DNA of 64,000 bases from Octopus sinensis (lineage: Eukaryota). The stretch is from contig NC_043010.1 in NCBI RefSeq assembly GCF_006345805.1, forward strand, positions 57,350,001 through 57,414,000, read 5' to 3'. Shown here piece after piece: positions 12,924 through 27,785 of the stretch. Made by a program: the position numbers and the translations under genes. The first letter of the stretch is position 1; each line of letters opens with the position of its first letter. The notes below the pieces were generated by a model, which saw only the letters and a list, made by a program, of their open reading frames with translations, was not told the origin of the DNA and made no database searches.

Positions 12924-13218
12924 CAACACACACACACACACGCACACACACACACTCGCCTATATGCATCTGGGTGTACATGCATGTATTTCTCTCTTTA
13001 TATATATGTGTGTGGATGTATGAGCCTGTCTTCATGGTTTGCCTGTGTGTACATGGGAATATGCATCTGTGTGAATATTTCCTCTCTTGTTGGTTCAACA
13101 TTGATATTTTCTTGAGCTAAGATTGCTATGAAATCATGTAGTTGTGTGTATATCTCTGTCTCTGTATATTTGTATGCGTGTGCGTGTGTGTGTGCATATA
13201 CATATGTCTAGCAGTATA

Positions 13219-13285
<67 letters not shown>

Positions 13286-13411
13286 ATCTGTCTGTCTGTC
13301 TGTTTATCTATCTATCTATCTATATACATATGTATATATATATGTATATATAATTGTGTGTGTGTGTGTGTGTATGCGTTTGCATGCATATATATATGTA
13401 TGTATGTATGT

Positions 13412-13725
13412 ACATCATCATCATCATTGTTTAACGTCTGCTTTCCATGCTGGCATGGGTTGGATGGTTTGACTGAGGACTGGCAAACCAGATGGCTGCA
13501 CCATGCTCCAATCTGATCTGGCAAAGTTTCTACAGCTTGATGCCCTTCCTAATGTCAATCACTCTGTGAGTGCAATGGGTGCTATTACATGCCACCAGCA
13601 TGAGGACCAGTCAGGTGATACTGACATTGGCCACACTCAAATGGTACTTTTTACGTGCCACCTGTACAGGAGCCAGTCCAGTGGTATTGGCAATGACCAC
13701 GCTCGAATGGTGCTTTTAACATTTT
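13412..13725 (-). mobile_element. SINE family B
   Basis: (CAT)n tail followed by the reverse complement of the family B body. Confidence 0.75.
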
Positions 13726-13873
13726 AATGAATGGTTTACACCTGGTAGCTTGCTGGTAAATCAAGGTCACTTCACAGTTATGCTATTGAGGAATCGATGC
13801 TAGATATGTCGAAACAATATGCCATGATTAATAATAAATTCTCGTACATTTCCATCTTCCGTCTTTCGTTTGC

Positions 13874-13939
<66 letters not shown>

Positions 13940-13946
13940 TATATAT

Positions 13947-13995
<49 letters not shown>

Positions 13996-14173
13996 ATATG
14001 TATATATATATAATATGTGATGTCTTGCAAACAACTTGCACATGCAAGTGCTACCAGTTAAAAGCTCCGTATACCGGAAGCTAGCAAGTGTATGGGGTCA
14101 TCAGGAGAGAATGCACACCGTTTCGGGGCCTACCTCCCAATGGCATCAATGCACACCGGCCCCCCTCATATAT

Positions 14174-14214
<41 letters not shown>

Positions 14215-14235
14215 CATACATACATACATATATAT

Positions 14236-14430
14236 ATAGGGGAGAATTCACAAAAAAAACCCCAAAAGATGAAGACAGGTGGTGTAGACAACAAACAGAT
14301 GTATTAGTATAATGGTTGGGAAGTAAAAAAATCTTTAATGTTTCGAGCCAACGCTCTTCCACAGAAAGAAACAAAGAGAGAAAATAAAGAATGTGTAGTG
14401 GCTAGTGATCTATCATGGTGAAGGCCAGAC
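14236..14430 (-). mobile_element. Short hammerhead-motif element, second copy of 420-630
   Basis: Colinear reverse-complement homology; flanked by (TA)n on both sides. Confidence 0.65.
14332..14369 (-). ncRNA. Degenerate minimal hammerhead motif
   Basis: UCUUU-CUGUGGA-A-GAGC(GUUG)GCUC-GAAA-C-AUU-AAAGA; A6U, and the stem III palindrome is broken (CG to CA). Confidence 0.5.
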
Positions 14431-15439
14431 AAAGGATATATATATATATCCTTTGTAAGTGGGTGAAGTTTCTTTAATTGCCAATATGATTTTCTCACAG
14501 TCAATATTTGAAACATCTGATACTAATCATCAACATGAAACTTGAAGTCAGGATTCAAGACTCTTCCACTGCTCATCAAATTTATATACTCTACTTCATG
14601 TGTTGAGTACCTATTTCTTCATTTGAAAGCACACATATTCACCAACCTCTCCCCCTCTCTCTCAGTCTTTCTCACTCTCTTTCTCTCTCTCTCTCTCCAC
14701 ACACACACACATGCACACACAGATTGCAACTATCACTTGCAAAAACAGAAGGCTTGATATGAGCATGCACCATGCATTCAGTAACAGCCTCATGTTGCAG
14801 TTGCAAGGCACCCAACCACCCTTTTGGCCCCCAAGAAACTATTGGGTCCCTGTGGAACATCAAGTGCCTGACAGTTAGTGGGAGAGAGGGTTTTACTGTT
14901 ATGACAGGGCTGGCATTTTATCAGTACCAAAAGAATGAAGGGCACCAGTGACTTTGGAAGGATATGAAACAGATTGCAATACATACATCTATATATATAA
15001 ATGTGTAATGGTGTCTGTCTGTGTGTGTTTGGGGTTACTCTAACTCCTTCCACACCGTTCAAATGATTTTAATGATTTTTGGCACATAGGTAGATCACAT
15101 GCCCAGAAGTTCAAATACGCTGGACATTTTTTGAAAACTCGATAATGCTTAGTTGGCATCGATTTTTGTGAGCTCAATCGGGTGTTTGAATGGAAATTCC
15201 CATAATGATGTTATTTTTCCAGCAGCTTTTGCCTTTTTTCACATGCAAAATTTCAACAACATCAATAGAATAATCTTTAAGGAAATGCTTATTCAGTACA
15301 AGGTCAGAGGTGAGCTTAACTTCAACACAGAAAACACAAGCAACGCTGGGTCCAACATCAAGAACATACATACATATATTCGAGCATTGAATCTCATGTC
15401 AAGCCAAGTGTGACTGTAGTCATGGCTGATGCTGGTGCC

Positions 15440-15639
15440 AGGTCAATGGTACCCGTGCTGGTGGCATGTAAAAAGCACCCACTACACTCTCAGAGTGGTT
15501 GGTGTTAGGAAGAGCATCCAACCATAGAAACCTTGCTAAATCAGACTGGAACCTGGTGCAGCTCCCCCACCCCCTACCGGCTTACCAGTTTTCAGTCAAA
15601 CCATCCAACCCATACCAGCATGGAAAGCAGACATTAAAC

Positions 15640-15672
<33 letters not shown>
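15440..15672 (+). mobile_element. SINE family B
   Basis: Family B body plus (GAT)n. Confidence 0.75.
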
Positions 15673-17739
15673 ACATAATTCACTTTATATGTTTAGTGAG
15701 CTGTGTGTAATTGTGTGAGATTTTGTGTAAATATGTGTTTATGTATAGGTGTACAAAGACACGAACACCTGAATGCGATAAGGCTGTGTATATGTGTGTG
15801 TGTGTGTGGTGGTGAGTGTAATTATGTCATGGTGAATCCATGTGGGAATGGTCTGCCTCTTCAAACATAAACACATACATCATATACAACACATACATAT
15901 ATATACTTATACACATTTACACTTATACACATACATAGTTATACACATATACATAAATACATAAACACATACCTACAAAAGATACTTGCATAGAACAACA
16001 CTCATTGACACACACTATCTACATACACATAGACACACACATAGACACACACATAGGCAGGCTGCGTGTGTATGCAAATGTACTTACTATTACACGAACA
16101 CACACACACACACAGATGCTAACACAGAAACAGATACTGAGACACTTCACAAACACATGCACACACTTAGATGCTCCCCCATACATACACACATGCTGAT
16201 GTATACATACAACACACGTGTATATACATATATATACACATATACACACAAAATCGATAAACTTCAAAACAAGCCAGCTTTCTGGCTGTGAGGGGGGGAA
16301 ACAGAAAGAAACAGCTTAAAACAAACTTCCTCCCCCACCCTGCCGACTTCCTCCCCCCATACAAAAAAAAATGTCCGTCTTTAGTGGAAACTGATAAAAA
16401 ACTTCAATAAAGAATTACTAAAAGACAACAAGAAATCAAAGGAAACATATTGTAATGAAATTCTTTGAACTTTGGAAAGGATTTTCAATGAAAAATCCCT
16501 ATTTAATTACTCCCCTCATGATAATTTCACCCCTCGCCACACCTTCGTTCCCTCCACTCTACATATCTACCTGACGATTGTCATTCTTTACCTGGTTGTT
16601 CATTATGTCATTCTCTACCTCTTTCCATCTACCTGTCTACCTGACTGTTCATTATTTCTCACTCTGCCATCACTTTCAATGTCTGTCTCATTCCATTCTC
16701 TACCTCTCTCTCTCTCTCTCTCCCTCTCTACATCTGTCTACCTGTCTTTTCATCATATATCACTCTCTACCTTTCTATCTATCTACCTGCCTCTTTGTTA
16801 GGTATCACTATCTGCCTGTCTACACACCTGTTTACCTGTCTCTTCATTTTTTATCAGTCTCTACCACCCATCTACCCGTATCTTCATCATATCTCACTCT
16901 CTACATCTCTCTCTCTCTCTTTCTCTGTATATCTATCTATCTACCTATCTCTCTAAATATGTATGTGTATATACATACATACATACATACATATATATAT
17001 ATGTGTGTGTATATTTTTTCCTAACAGTTTTCTTAATTTATTGGGCTTCTTTTGATGATGATGATGATGATGATGTGATGATGGCTGTTATACTCATTAT
17101 TCTTGCATTTGTCACTGCATCTAATGGTGCTGATGCCATTTTGCCAATGTTCTTTTGGTGCTCATTGCTCTTGTTATTGTTTTCACCTTGTCTCTCTTTC
17201 TCCATCAAAGATTTGATCTTAGTTCCTTAACTCTTCTCCCCCTGACCAACGTCCATCCTTCTTTCTTCCTCCCTCGCTTTCTCCTCTCACTTTCTCACTC
17301 AGTTCACCTATTTCTCTATTTCTCTCCGTGTCTTGCAACAAAATCTACCATTTTTTTCTAACTTCACATTGTATTTACAAATCTACACGTATGCGCACAC
17401 ACATACATATATATAAATACATACACACACACATATGTGTGTATGTTGTTGTTTTTTGTTAGCTTTTCTATGCAGGCAAGAACTGTCTGGAACTTGCCAA
17501 GTCAGTATTCTTTGACTGGATGCCCTTTTTCCACCAACCCTTACTTCTTTCCAACTACGTTACTTAAAGAACTCCTAGTCTTTCACCTGATCAACCACTC
17601 AACACCTGGAAATATCTTTACCGCAGGTGTAACCAAGAACACCGTTATGCAGAGGTGACATTGTTTTTAGCTAAAGTATGGAAACAGTCTTAAGTCACAC
17701 ACACACACACACACACACACCTGAATATATAAAAAGCGC

Positions 17740-17985
17740 CATTGGAGCGTGATTGATGCCAGTGCCACCTGACTGGCTCCTGTGCTGGTGGCACATAAAA
17801 ATCACTCACTACACTCTCAGGAGTGGTTGGTGTTAGGAAGGGCATCCAGCTGTAGAAACAATGTCAAATCAGATTGGAGCCCTGTGCAGCCTCCTGGCTT
17901 GCCAGTCCTCAGTCAACACCATCCAACCCATACCAGCATGGAAAGCAGACATTAAACGATGATGATGATGATGATGATGATGATG
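17740..17985 (+). mobile_element. SINE family B (left member of an inverted pair)
   Basis: Family B body plus (GAT)n. Confidence 0.75.
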
Positions 17986-18029
17986 GGCTTCTTTCAGTTT
18001 TTGTTTATCAAATCTGCTCATCTTTATAT

Positions 18030-18290
18030 CATCATCATCATCATCATCGTTTAATGTCTGCTTTCCATACTGGCATGGGTTGGATGGTGCAACTGGGGTC
18101 TGGGAAGCCAGAAGGCTGCACCAGGCCCAGTCTGATTTGGCAATGTTTCTACGGCTGGATGCCCTTCCTAATGCCAACCACTCCATGAGTGTAGTGGGTG
18201 CTTTTTACATGCCACCAGCAAAGGTGCCAAACGAGGCTGGCAACGGCCACGATCGGATGGTGCTTTTTACGTGCCACCGACACGGAAGCC
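18030..18290 (-). mobile_element. SINE family B (right member of an inverted pair)
   Basis: (CAT)n plus reverse-complement body. Confidence 0.75.
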
Positions 18291-18449
18291 ATGTTCGGGC
18301 AACACACAAGGAACAGCTTGTCTCTCAACTATGTGTATTGAAGAAAACCTCCATTATTTCATTGAGAATAAGAGACTGTGAGTGTCTTGGAATGTTAATG
18401 GAGTTAAGATTTTATTCCAAACTAAACATGGAAATATGAAAAATCTTAG

Positions 18450-19000
18450 TTGAAGACCATTAAACTTAATTACAGGTTTATATCTGTCTGACAGCAGCTT
18501 GTGGAAAATGTGGACAGTTTGTGGTTAGTGTGGTCAGCTGTGATGGAAATGTAAATAGTAAACAGAGGAATCGGTGAGAGAGGGTTGGATAGATCAGATC
18601 TGGGTTACAACTGATATCTGACACAAGCGTTTGGTCCTATTGTGCGCTAGTTGTGTATATAACAGTGAAATATCAGGGAAGATGGCCAGTGTCTAGAAAC
18701 CATCCATAGAGTCACTTGGTAGACAATGAAATTCTTCTGTAGAGCAAATCTTGACCAATGCTAAACAGCATGAGACTGCATTAGTTTTGTCTGGTAGGTC
18801 ACATGTATTTGTGAGATAAAATCACATGACATATAAAGACTGCAACGACAGGGAGACCAGATGAAGGAAAAGCACTCGAGGACACCTGGTGCTGGGCATT
18901 CTGGGAAGATTTGAAATATGTGAGAAGCAGTTGGATAAGAACAGGGACGAAAAACAGTAACAAATGAACCAGACCGGAGCAAGCTTGCTGCCATTTGTAT
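18450..19000 (-). mobile_element. Highly decayed CR1/L2-like RT fragment
   Basis: Faint remnant of the QGSxLSPxLFxxFI region near 18540-18610; multiple stops. Confidence 0.3.
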
Positions 19001-19069
19001 GTCAGAATGGGGGAGAAGCTAAATCTTAATCTTGCTCTCTCTGTATATATACACGCGTGTGTGTGTGTG

Positions 19070-19108
<39 letters not shown>

Positions 19109-21333
19109 CATGTATGTAAGGATGGATGACTCCCAATTAGCTGAGGGTGTTCACATTGGTTTATTACAAGGGAGTTGGGTGGCCTGTAGACATGGGAGCA
19201 GAATGAAAGTATGAGACGATGTTTTGATGGTGGAAACAGCAATATTTTGGTCCTCTTCTCAGAGCTGAGAAACTCTGTTCCCAGATCCTTGAGACTGAGT
19301 GGATGGAAAATGGGTTCGTAGATGACTTAGACATAGAGAGAGAGTAATGAATGGCAGCAAGGCCTGGGTGGGGAAGACCCTGATAGACTGCAATATGCGG
19401 TGAGGAGGGGTGGTTGTGTTTGGGGTCCTTAATCCACAGTCGTCAGTGGGGACATGCTCCTCCCGATACACAATGAATTGGCTGAGTCACTAGAACATTG
19501 GGTTGAATGTTATTGCAGCATTAGTCTTGACGTTCTGTACTCTGAGTTCAAATCCTGTGAAGGTTAATTTTGCCTTTCGTCCTTTAGGGGCAGATGATAA
19601 AAATGTGCTGATTAAGGAGCCAGGTTTAGCAGAGCTTTTAAAGTAAGATGTTTTATTTGTTCCTGCTGTTTGTATTGTGAGGGGCAACACTGATGTCAAG
19701 CTGTCCGGTGGGGGTGGGGGTGGGGGCGCAACTCAGTGACCATTCCCATAAACACCAGAGATGAGGGGAGACTTGTATAGATGGACAATTGTCTGTGTCA
19801 AAACCATCTTGCCCCGGCTGACACATGCATGCGAAGATGGATGCCAAGACTTGATCAATGGAGGCTGTCTGTCTGCTTGTCTGTCTGCTTGTCTGTCTGC
19901 CTGTTTGCCTGTCTGCCTGTCTGCCTGTATATATATATGTGTGCATATTTGTGTATTTAGATGATTGTATTTGTTTTGTGTACACATACACACACACAGA
20001 CACACGCACACACACACGCACACACACACGCACACACAAATCATGTGTGCACACACACATAGACACAAATAAATATTAACTTCTTCATATACAAACTGTT
20101 ATGCTGGTTTCGACCATCCCACAAATGCCATCCCAGGTGATTCACGTGATGAAACAAAATTGTGTTAGAACATGAAATGTGGAACTCATTATGAGCTGAG
20201 TCCAAATCTTGTTAAAGTCAATTCCCTTTTTCAATTCAGGGTGGATAAAATAAAGTATTAGAGTCAATTATGGTGACTCCAGCATTTCCTTGAGAGATGG
20301 ATGACCTTCTTACAATGTATCAAAAACACAACAAAAAGTAGAGAACAAGTAAAATTGTGTATGTGGTATTACTTGTGGGGTTATGTGTTGCATTAAAAAT
20401 TGTCTTTTTCACTCTTAGCAAATACTCAGCATTGATCACAGGTGTACCATTAGTAACAACACAGACAATCAAACATATATTTTATTTAACAATACTAACA
20501 CTGGAGACTATATACAACAAATTGATAGAGTTTTGTGAACAGTAGTACTTGTTTAAACTAGGTGTAACTTTAAAAAACTATTTTCCATTATTACTATTAC
20601 ACATACAGCTTTGATCTGAAATCTACTATTACAAAACACACACACACACACACACACATCAATACACAATCATACTAACATTTTTATTTAATAAAATCAG
20701 TTGAGAACACATAAAAACTGATAGAGTTATAAACTGTGTTACTTGTGAAACTATGTGTAGCTTCAGAAAATATTTTTATTGCTGCTGAACACTCAACTTT
20801 GATCCCAAATGTACCATAAATAACCACAAACACACACACACAATACAGAAACAATAACAAACACATCTGCAACGATATTCCTACATACATAGCCCAAGAC
20901 ACACAGACATATGTATCAATTTATTGGTTGTTTGTTCTCATCAATCTGTTACACTACACATGCATTTACAACATCTAAATATCAAAAGCCAACATTATTA
21001 TGTTTAATTGTAATGATATTTGCGAATTTAGATTCTGTGTAACGATGTGTTGATAGACATTGATGAACATGTGTGGACACAAATGTCTGTGTATATATAT
21101 ATATATATATACACAAACATATATATTATAACAATGTATACATAAAAAAACAGCCATCACTTTACTGAACAAATATCTCAGATGATGACAATACTGTGTA
21201 TGTGTTATACATTTATTTCTATATAAATACATATACATGCAGATATATCAATCTCTCTCTCTATAAATATATATATATATATACACATATGTATATATAT
21301 ATATATATGTATATATGTATATATGTATATATG

Positions 21334-21367
<34 letters not shown>

Positions 21368-21418
21368 TGTATGTACGTATGTATGTATGTATGTATGTAA
21401 TGTATGTATGTATGTATG

Positions 21419-21479
<61 letters not shown>

Positions 21480-21504
21480 ATATTATATATTATATATATA
21501 TAAG

Positions 21505-21672
21505 GACCCACTACACTCACGGAGTGGTTGGCATTAGGAAGGGCATCCAGCTGTAGAAACACTGCCAGATCAAACTGGAACCTGGTGCAGCCTCCTCGCT
21601 TCCCAGACCCCAGCTGAACCGTCCAACCCATGCTAGCATGGAAAACGGACGTTAAACGATGATGATGATGGT
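21505..21672 (+). mobile_element. SINE family B
   Basis: Family B body plus (GAT)n. Confidence 0.75.
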
Positions 21673-22103
21673 GATATATATATATATATATATACACAAT
21701 ATATATACACATATGTGTGTGTGTGTATGTATGCTGACACAGACACACACATAAATATACAGGAAGGGTAGCTGGCAGTAGAAAATCTGCCTCAACAAAT
21801 TCTGTCTGACCCATGCAAGCATAGAAAAGTGGACATTTCTGATGGTGATAATGACAATGATGATAGTGATGATAATGAGGGTGGTGGTGGTGGTGGTGGT
21901 GGTGGTGGTGGTGATGTATACATATTTGTATACATACATGCATACATATATATATGTGTGTGTGTGAGTGTGTGTATATATATATGAAAATATATTTATA
22001 TATGCATGCCAATATAATATGTATATAAATACAGATGTACATATGTGTGTGTGTGTGTTGTGTGTGTGTGTGTGTGTATGTGTGTGTGTGTGTGTATGTG
22101 TGT

Positions 22104-22135
<32 letters not shown>

Positions 22136-22313
22136 TATCCTGGAAATGAAAGCGCAATTCCCTTGGGCCCCTTCAGGGCATCTGTATCAGCTGTGAGGAA
22201 GATTTTCTCAGAATGGTGACCTTCTGCTAATGTTTGCAATAGAATGAACTTTACTGACAGTACCAGGGTGGTGGAGTGAAAGGGGTGGAGTTAAATTAAG
22301 GCAGCCACTCACA

Positions 22314-22358
<45 letters not shown>

Positions 22359-22447
22359 CATACATACATACATACACACTCATACACTCACACACATGCA
22401 CACACATATACATACATGCACACGTACATATATACACATGCATACAT

Positions 22448-22483
<36 letters not shown>

Positions 22484-23022
22484 TCCACAACTATGTTCTT
22501 GTTATCATTGATACAGGTGTATACAATTTAATAGAATATGCATTTTTTAACCTGATGCACATGTGTATAGTTGACTATATATACATGCACATGTGAAAAA
22601 TCCCATGTAGGTGAACATACATTGCTACATGTAGGAGCATAGTTGTATATGCACAAACATGTTTACACATACACACACATATGTATACATACTAAAACAC
22701 ACATGACTGTCTTTGAAAACATGTCTCAATCTCTCTCTCTCTCTCCCTCTCTCTATTATACATGCATATATACATACATATGAGTATCTATATATAAATA
22801 TATATATATGTATGTATGTGTGTATGAATGTATGCATGTACCCATGCATGTATGTATGTATGTATGTATGTATGTATACACATCACATAGATACACACAT
22901 AAAACAGTGTTATATCATTGATGAAGAATGTGAAAGAATGCATGGAAGATAAACACAGTTATTCTCTAATTATACACCCTAATAAACATACATATAACAC
23001 ATATACACATGCACATGCAATA

Positions 23023-23088
<66 letters not shown>

Positions 23089-23115
23089 GATATATGTATA
23101 TATGTATATATATGA

Positions 23116-23177
<62 letters not shown>

Positions 23178-23179
23178 TG

Positions 23180-23210
<31 letters not shown>

Positions 23211-24185
23211 CTTTATCTCCTTCATGTTCCTCTTTGTGCCAGTGTGTGTCCCCACCCCACCCCACCCCAGCTGCTCCCCCCCGGTGCTTTGCTGCACCAC
23301 CAAAACTAAACCAAAACAACAGCAAAAAAAGGCAGCTTACCTTCATATTAGAACCGGTCTGTGAGTTCAGTGGGGAAGTAAAACTGGGGTTCACACCCTG
23401 CACTCAGGCAGACATGCATCCCTGGACTGTGTATGTATTTGTGCCTGGGCATGTGATGATGTAAAGGCATCCCAGCCATGATCATCACAATGATTTCTTT
23501 TTCTTCAGTTATAGTGTATTTGGGATCACATTATATATTTTGTCTTTTTCTCTTAGGATGGTGCTTTGTGAAGTGAGGGAGGTTTGGCTGCTATTTCTAG
23601 CTGATCGATTACCCGCTTAGAGGTCTCCCTTGTTGACTAGTGTTGTGTTGTGTTGTGTGTGTATGTATTGCTGTTGTTATCAGTCTATCTGCTGCAGCAG
23701 TGTGACAATAACTGTGTGTTGATGTATTAGAGATGTGGTATAGAGGAGGGGCAGCAGCAGCAGCAGCAGCAGCAGATGGAGGAGGAGAAGGGGGAGGCTG
23801 GCTTTGCCTGCTTCCTTCTCACTCTCTCTCTCACTCACTCTCTCTCTCACTCACTCTCTCTCACTCTCTCTCTCTCCCTTTCTCTACCTATATATACCTT
23901 TCTCTCTACACACACCTCTCCCTCTCTCTACACCTTCTGCTATACTCACCTCTTTTTATATACACCTTGCTCTCCACACACTTCCTTCTCTCTCACTCTC
24001 TTCACTCCTCTTTTTACATCCTCTTCTTCCTCCATATACTCCTCTCCCTCCATATACACACCTCCTTCTCTACACAAACAACTCTCTCACTCTACTTTTC
24101 TCCCTCACCACAAACATTCCTCTCTCTTTATATACACTTCTCTTTTTATATGCACTTCTCTCTCTCTCTCTCTCTCTCTCTCTGT

Positions 24186-24440
<255 letters not shown>

Positions 24441-24944
24441 TATACACACACTCGTACATATACATACATATATGTATGTATATACACATACCTCCCTCCC
24501 TCCCTGTCTCTCTCTACACCACATAGTTTCCTTGATCAATTCTCAATACTTACAGACACCTTTTAAATTCAACAAACACTCTTGTTGTTTTTGTTTAAAT
24601 AAAATGGCTCAGCCTCTGTCTCTGTCGGTATTTCTGACCCTGGGTGTTTGCTTGTTTGATCAACCTGGCTCATTGAATTAGTATACAAGTGGCTGAGTAC
24701 TCCACACATATTAACCATTAACCTAATTCTCAGATAAACCCTGTATGGTACAATGTGACAAGATTGGACATTTTCAATTCCAGGTAAAATCAATCCAACA
24801 GGCTTTTGCACACTTTCCACCTCTCCAATGTCACCTGCAAGGTATGGCTCAGTCCAAAGCTATGGAAAACAACTCTTGTCCATGATGTCAAACAGTGGGA
24901 TTGAAACCGAGATCTCGTGATTCACCATTCACCTACAGAGCATT

Positions 24945-25325
24945 TTTTACTTGTTTCAGTCATTAGACTGTGGCCATGCTGGGGCACCACCTTGAAGAAT
25001 TTTGAGTGAATGAATCAACCCCAGAAATTATTTTCTTTAAGCCGGGTACTTATTCTATCAGGCTCTTTTGCTGAACTGCTAAGTAATGTGACGAAAACAC
25101 CCCAACACTGGTTTCAGGTGGCTGGTGGTGATGGGCGGGGGCACAAACACACACACACACACATGACAGGCGTCTTGCAGTTTCCATCTACCAAATCCAC
25201 TCACAAGGCTTTGGTTGACCCAGGGCTATATTAAAAGACACTTACCAAAGATGCCACACAATGGGAGTGAACCAGGAACCCTGTGGTTGGGCAGCAAACT
25301 CCTTACCACACAGCCACACCTGCAC
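24945..25325 (-). mobile_element. SINE family A (diverged)
   Basis: Reverse-complement homologue of 1-410. Confidence 0.7.
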
Positions 25326-26793
25326 ATAAGTACCTGCTTTTGTTTTGGGTCTTCCATTTTAAATATCTTTCTAAGGAGACAAAGTTCAATGATTCTGACC
25401 CTTTTCAGGGTATTCAGGAAGTGTGGAAGGAAGCAGAGTGCTCCTCAAATCTGACTCTAATTTTGAGCAAAACAATGCATTCTACTGAACATACCCCACA
25501 CCCAAGGGGTCGGGGATGAGCGAGTCATTTCTATATTATTGTTCTTACTGTCGTTGTGGTTGTTGTGGTTGTTGCTGTGGTTTTTGTATTGTTGTTGTTG
25601 TTGTTACTCTCGTTATGGTTGTCGTTGTTGCCGGTGTCATTATGATTGTTTTTACTGTTGCGGTTGTTGCTGTTTTCAGTGATGTTTGCTTGTATAATTG
25701 TTCAAATATAAATGATGTGTGCGGAAAAGTAGGAAACATGAGAGAGAGAGAGAGAGAGAGAGTAAGGGGAGAGAGAGAGCGGAATGGAAAGGAACGGAGA
25801 GGGAAGGAGAGGGGGGATGTCCCTGTGGTTGTGTTGATCCTGTTTGGTTGTGTTGGGAGGAAATGGAAGCCAACAGAGAAAACATGGAAGATCAGAGAAG
25901 AAACAAGGAAGAAAAACAAAGAAACAAGAGACAAAGGAAGAAGATCTGAGAAGAAAATGAAGAATTTAATTCCTTGTTTTCTATCTTTGGAAACTGTTTT
26001 TGGAGCTTCTCTTGTGTTCTGTGGTGAAGGAAAATACCCCCCCCCACCTTCCCAGCCCACCCCCCTCTCTAACATATACAGAAATACACTCACACACACA
26101 TATGCACACACGCACGCACATATACATACACACATATACATACACACATATAACATAAGCATATGCACACACGCAAACACATATACACATAAACACTCAT
26201 AACCATAGATATAACATGCACGCGCAAACATACATATATTAACATGCATACACAAAGACATACACACACACATGCACTTCTACACATGTACACACACAAA
26301 ATTACATGCACATACACACACACACACAAACACATACATACGTATACATATACTCACATACATGTACAAACTTGTACACATAAACACATACACCTATACA
26401 CATGCAATACACATACAACTACAAACAGATGCTACACACAAGCACACACATGCTTGAACACATACACACATGCATACACCCTCGCACATGATTGCAAATA
26501 AACATATATACATACGTGCACACATACACACAATCTGATACAATCACACATTCACACATAAGCAACACCCACAAACCCAAACACACATTTAAGTTACAAA
26601 CAATAAGAAATGTACTCAATACAGAAATGAAGTGCACAGATTTCTTGAAGTCTATCTATCTATCTAGCTATCTCTGTTTCCATCTACCTGCCTGTCTGTC
26701 ATTTTGACAATGAGTGTGTGACACACAACATACATAGATGCACACACAAACACACACACACACACACACCACACACACATATATATATATATA

Positions 26794-26862
<69 letters not shown>

Positions 26863-26920
26863 ATATATATATATATATATAAAATATATATATAATATAT
26901 ATAATATATATATATATATA

Positions 26921-26975
<55 letters not shown>

Positions 26976-27004
26976 TATATATACATATATATATATTGTA
27001 GCTG

Positions 27005-27340
27005 TGATACCAGTGCCAGTGGCACAATAAGAGAACTATCCGAACGTGGGCATTGCCAGCGCCGCCTGTCTGGCCTCCGTGCCAGTGACACGTAAAAAGC
27101 ACCATCCAATCATGGCCGTTTGCCAGCCTCGTCTGGCACCTGTGTCGGTGGCATGTAAAAGCACCCACTACAACACTCATGGAGTGGTTGGCGTTAGGAA
27201 GGCATCCAGCCGGAGAAACTTGCCAGATCAGAGACTGGGCCTGGTGCAGACTTCTGGCTTCCAAGACCCCAGTTGGACCATCCACCCATGCCAGCATGGA
27301 ACGGATGCTAAACGATGATGATGATGATGATGATGATGAA
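27005..27340 (+). mobile_element. SINE family B with tandem GTGGCACGTAAAAAGCACC-like subrepeats
   Basis: Family B body plus (GAT)n. Confidence 0.75.
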
Positions 27341-27739
27341 TTATATATATATATATATACAATGATAGCTCGCAGTAGGAGTTTAGTTCATTCCCTGACT
27401 GAGCTCATCTTACGATTTACTTGTTTTACAACTCAATTTTCCCCATTGCAATTAACTAAAATATAATTATTCCATTCCATCCCCCACAAAAAACCACTCA
27501 AAAATAATTTTGTTTGGGTTTTAAAACAGAAAAGTTGCAGTTACAAGTAAAATGACAATTATAGAAAAATGAGAATGCAAAAGAAATATGTAAACTGGTT
27601 TTATTAACTGAATTAGCTTAAAGATGATTTGTGTGCTCGGACTGCAGATTTCCACTCTTACCTCAAGACAAAAATTCATGCAAGCTTCGGCTCATAAAGC
27701 AAATTACTCATACAATGAGGCACTCATACTGCAAGATTC

Positions 27740-27742
27740 TAC

Positions 27743-27785
<43 letters not shown>

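Noticed and set aside
13780-13830. UUGAGGA...GAAAC hammerhead-like relic
   Set aside because: C3 lost and stems I-III do not pair convincingly.
14095-14165. CUGAUGA and GAAAC on the minus strand with an 11-bp direct repeat
   Set aside because: Order and stems do not form a hammerhead (CCCC faces CCCC; H17 would be G).
19707-19730. G-quadruplex-forming tract
   Set aside because: Ordinary G-run microsatellite with no supporting context.
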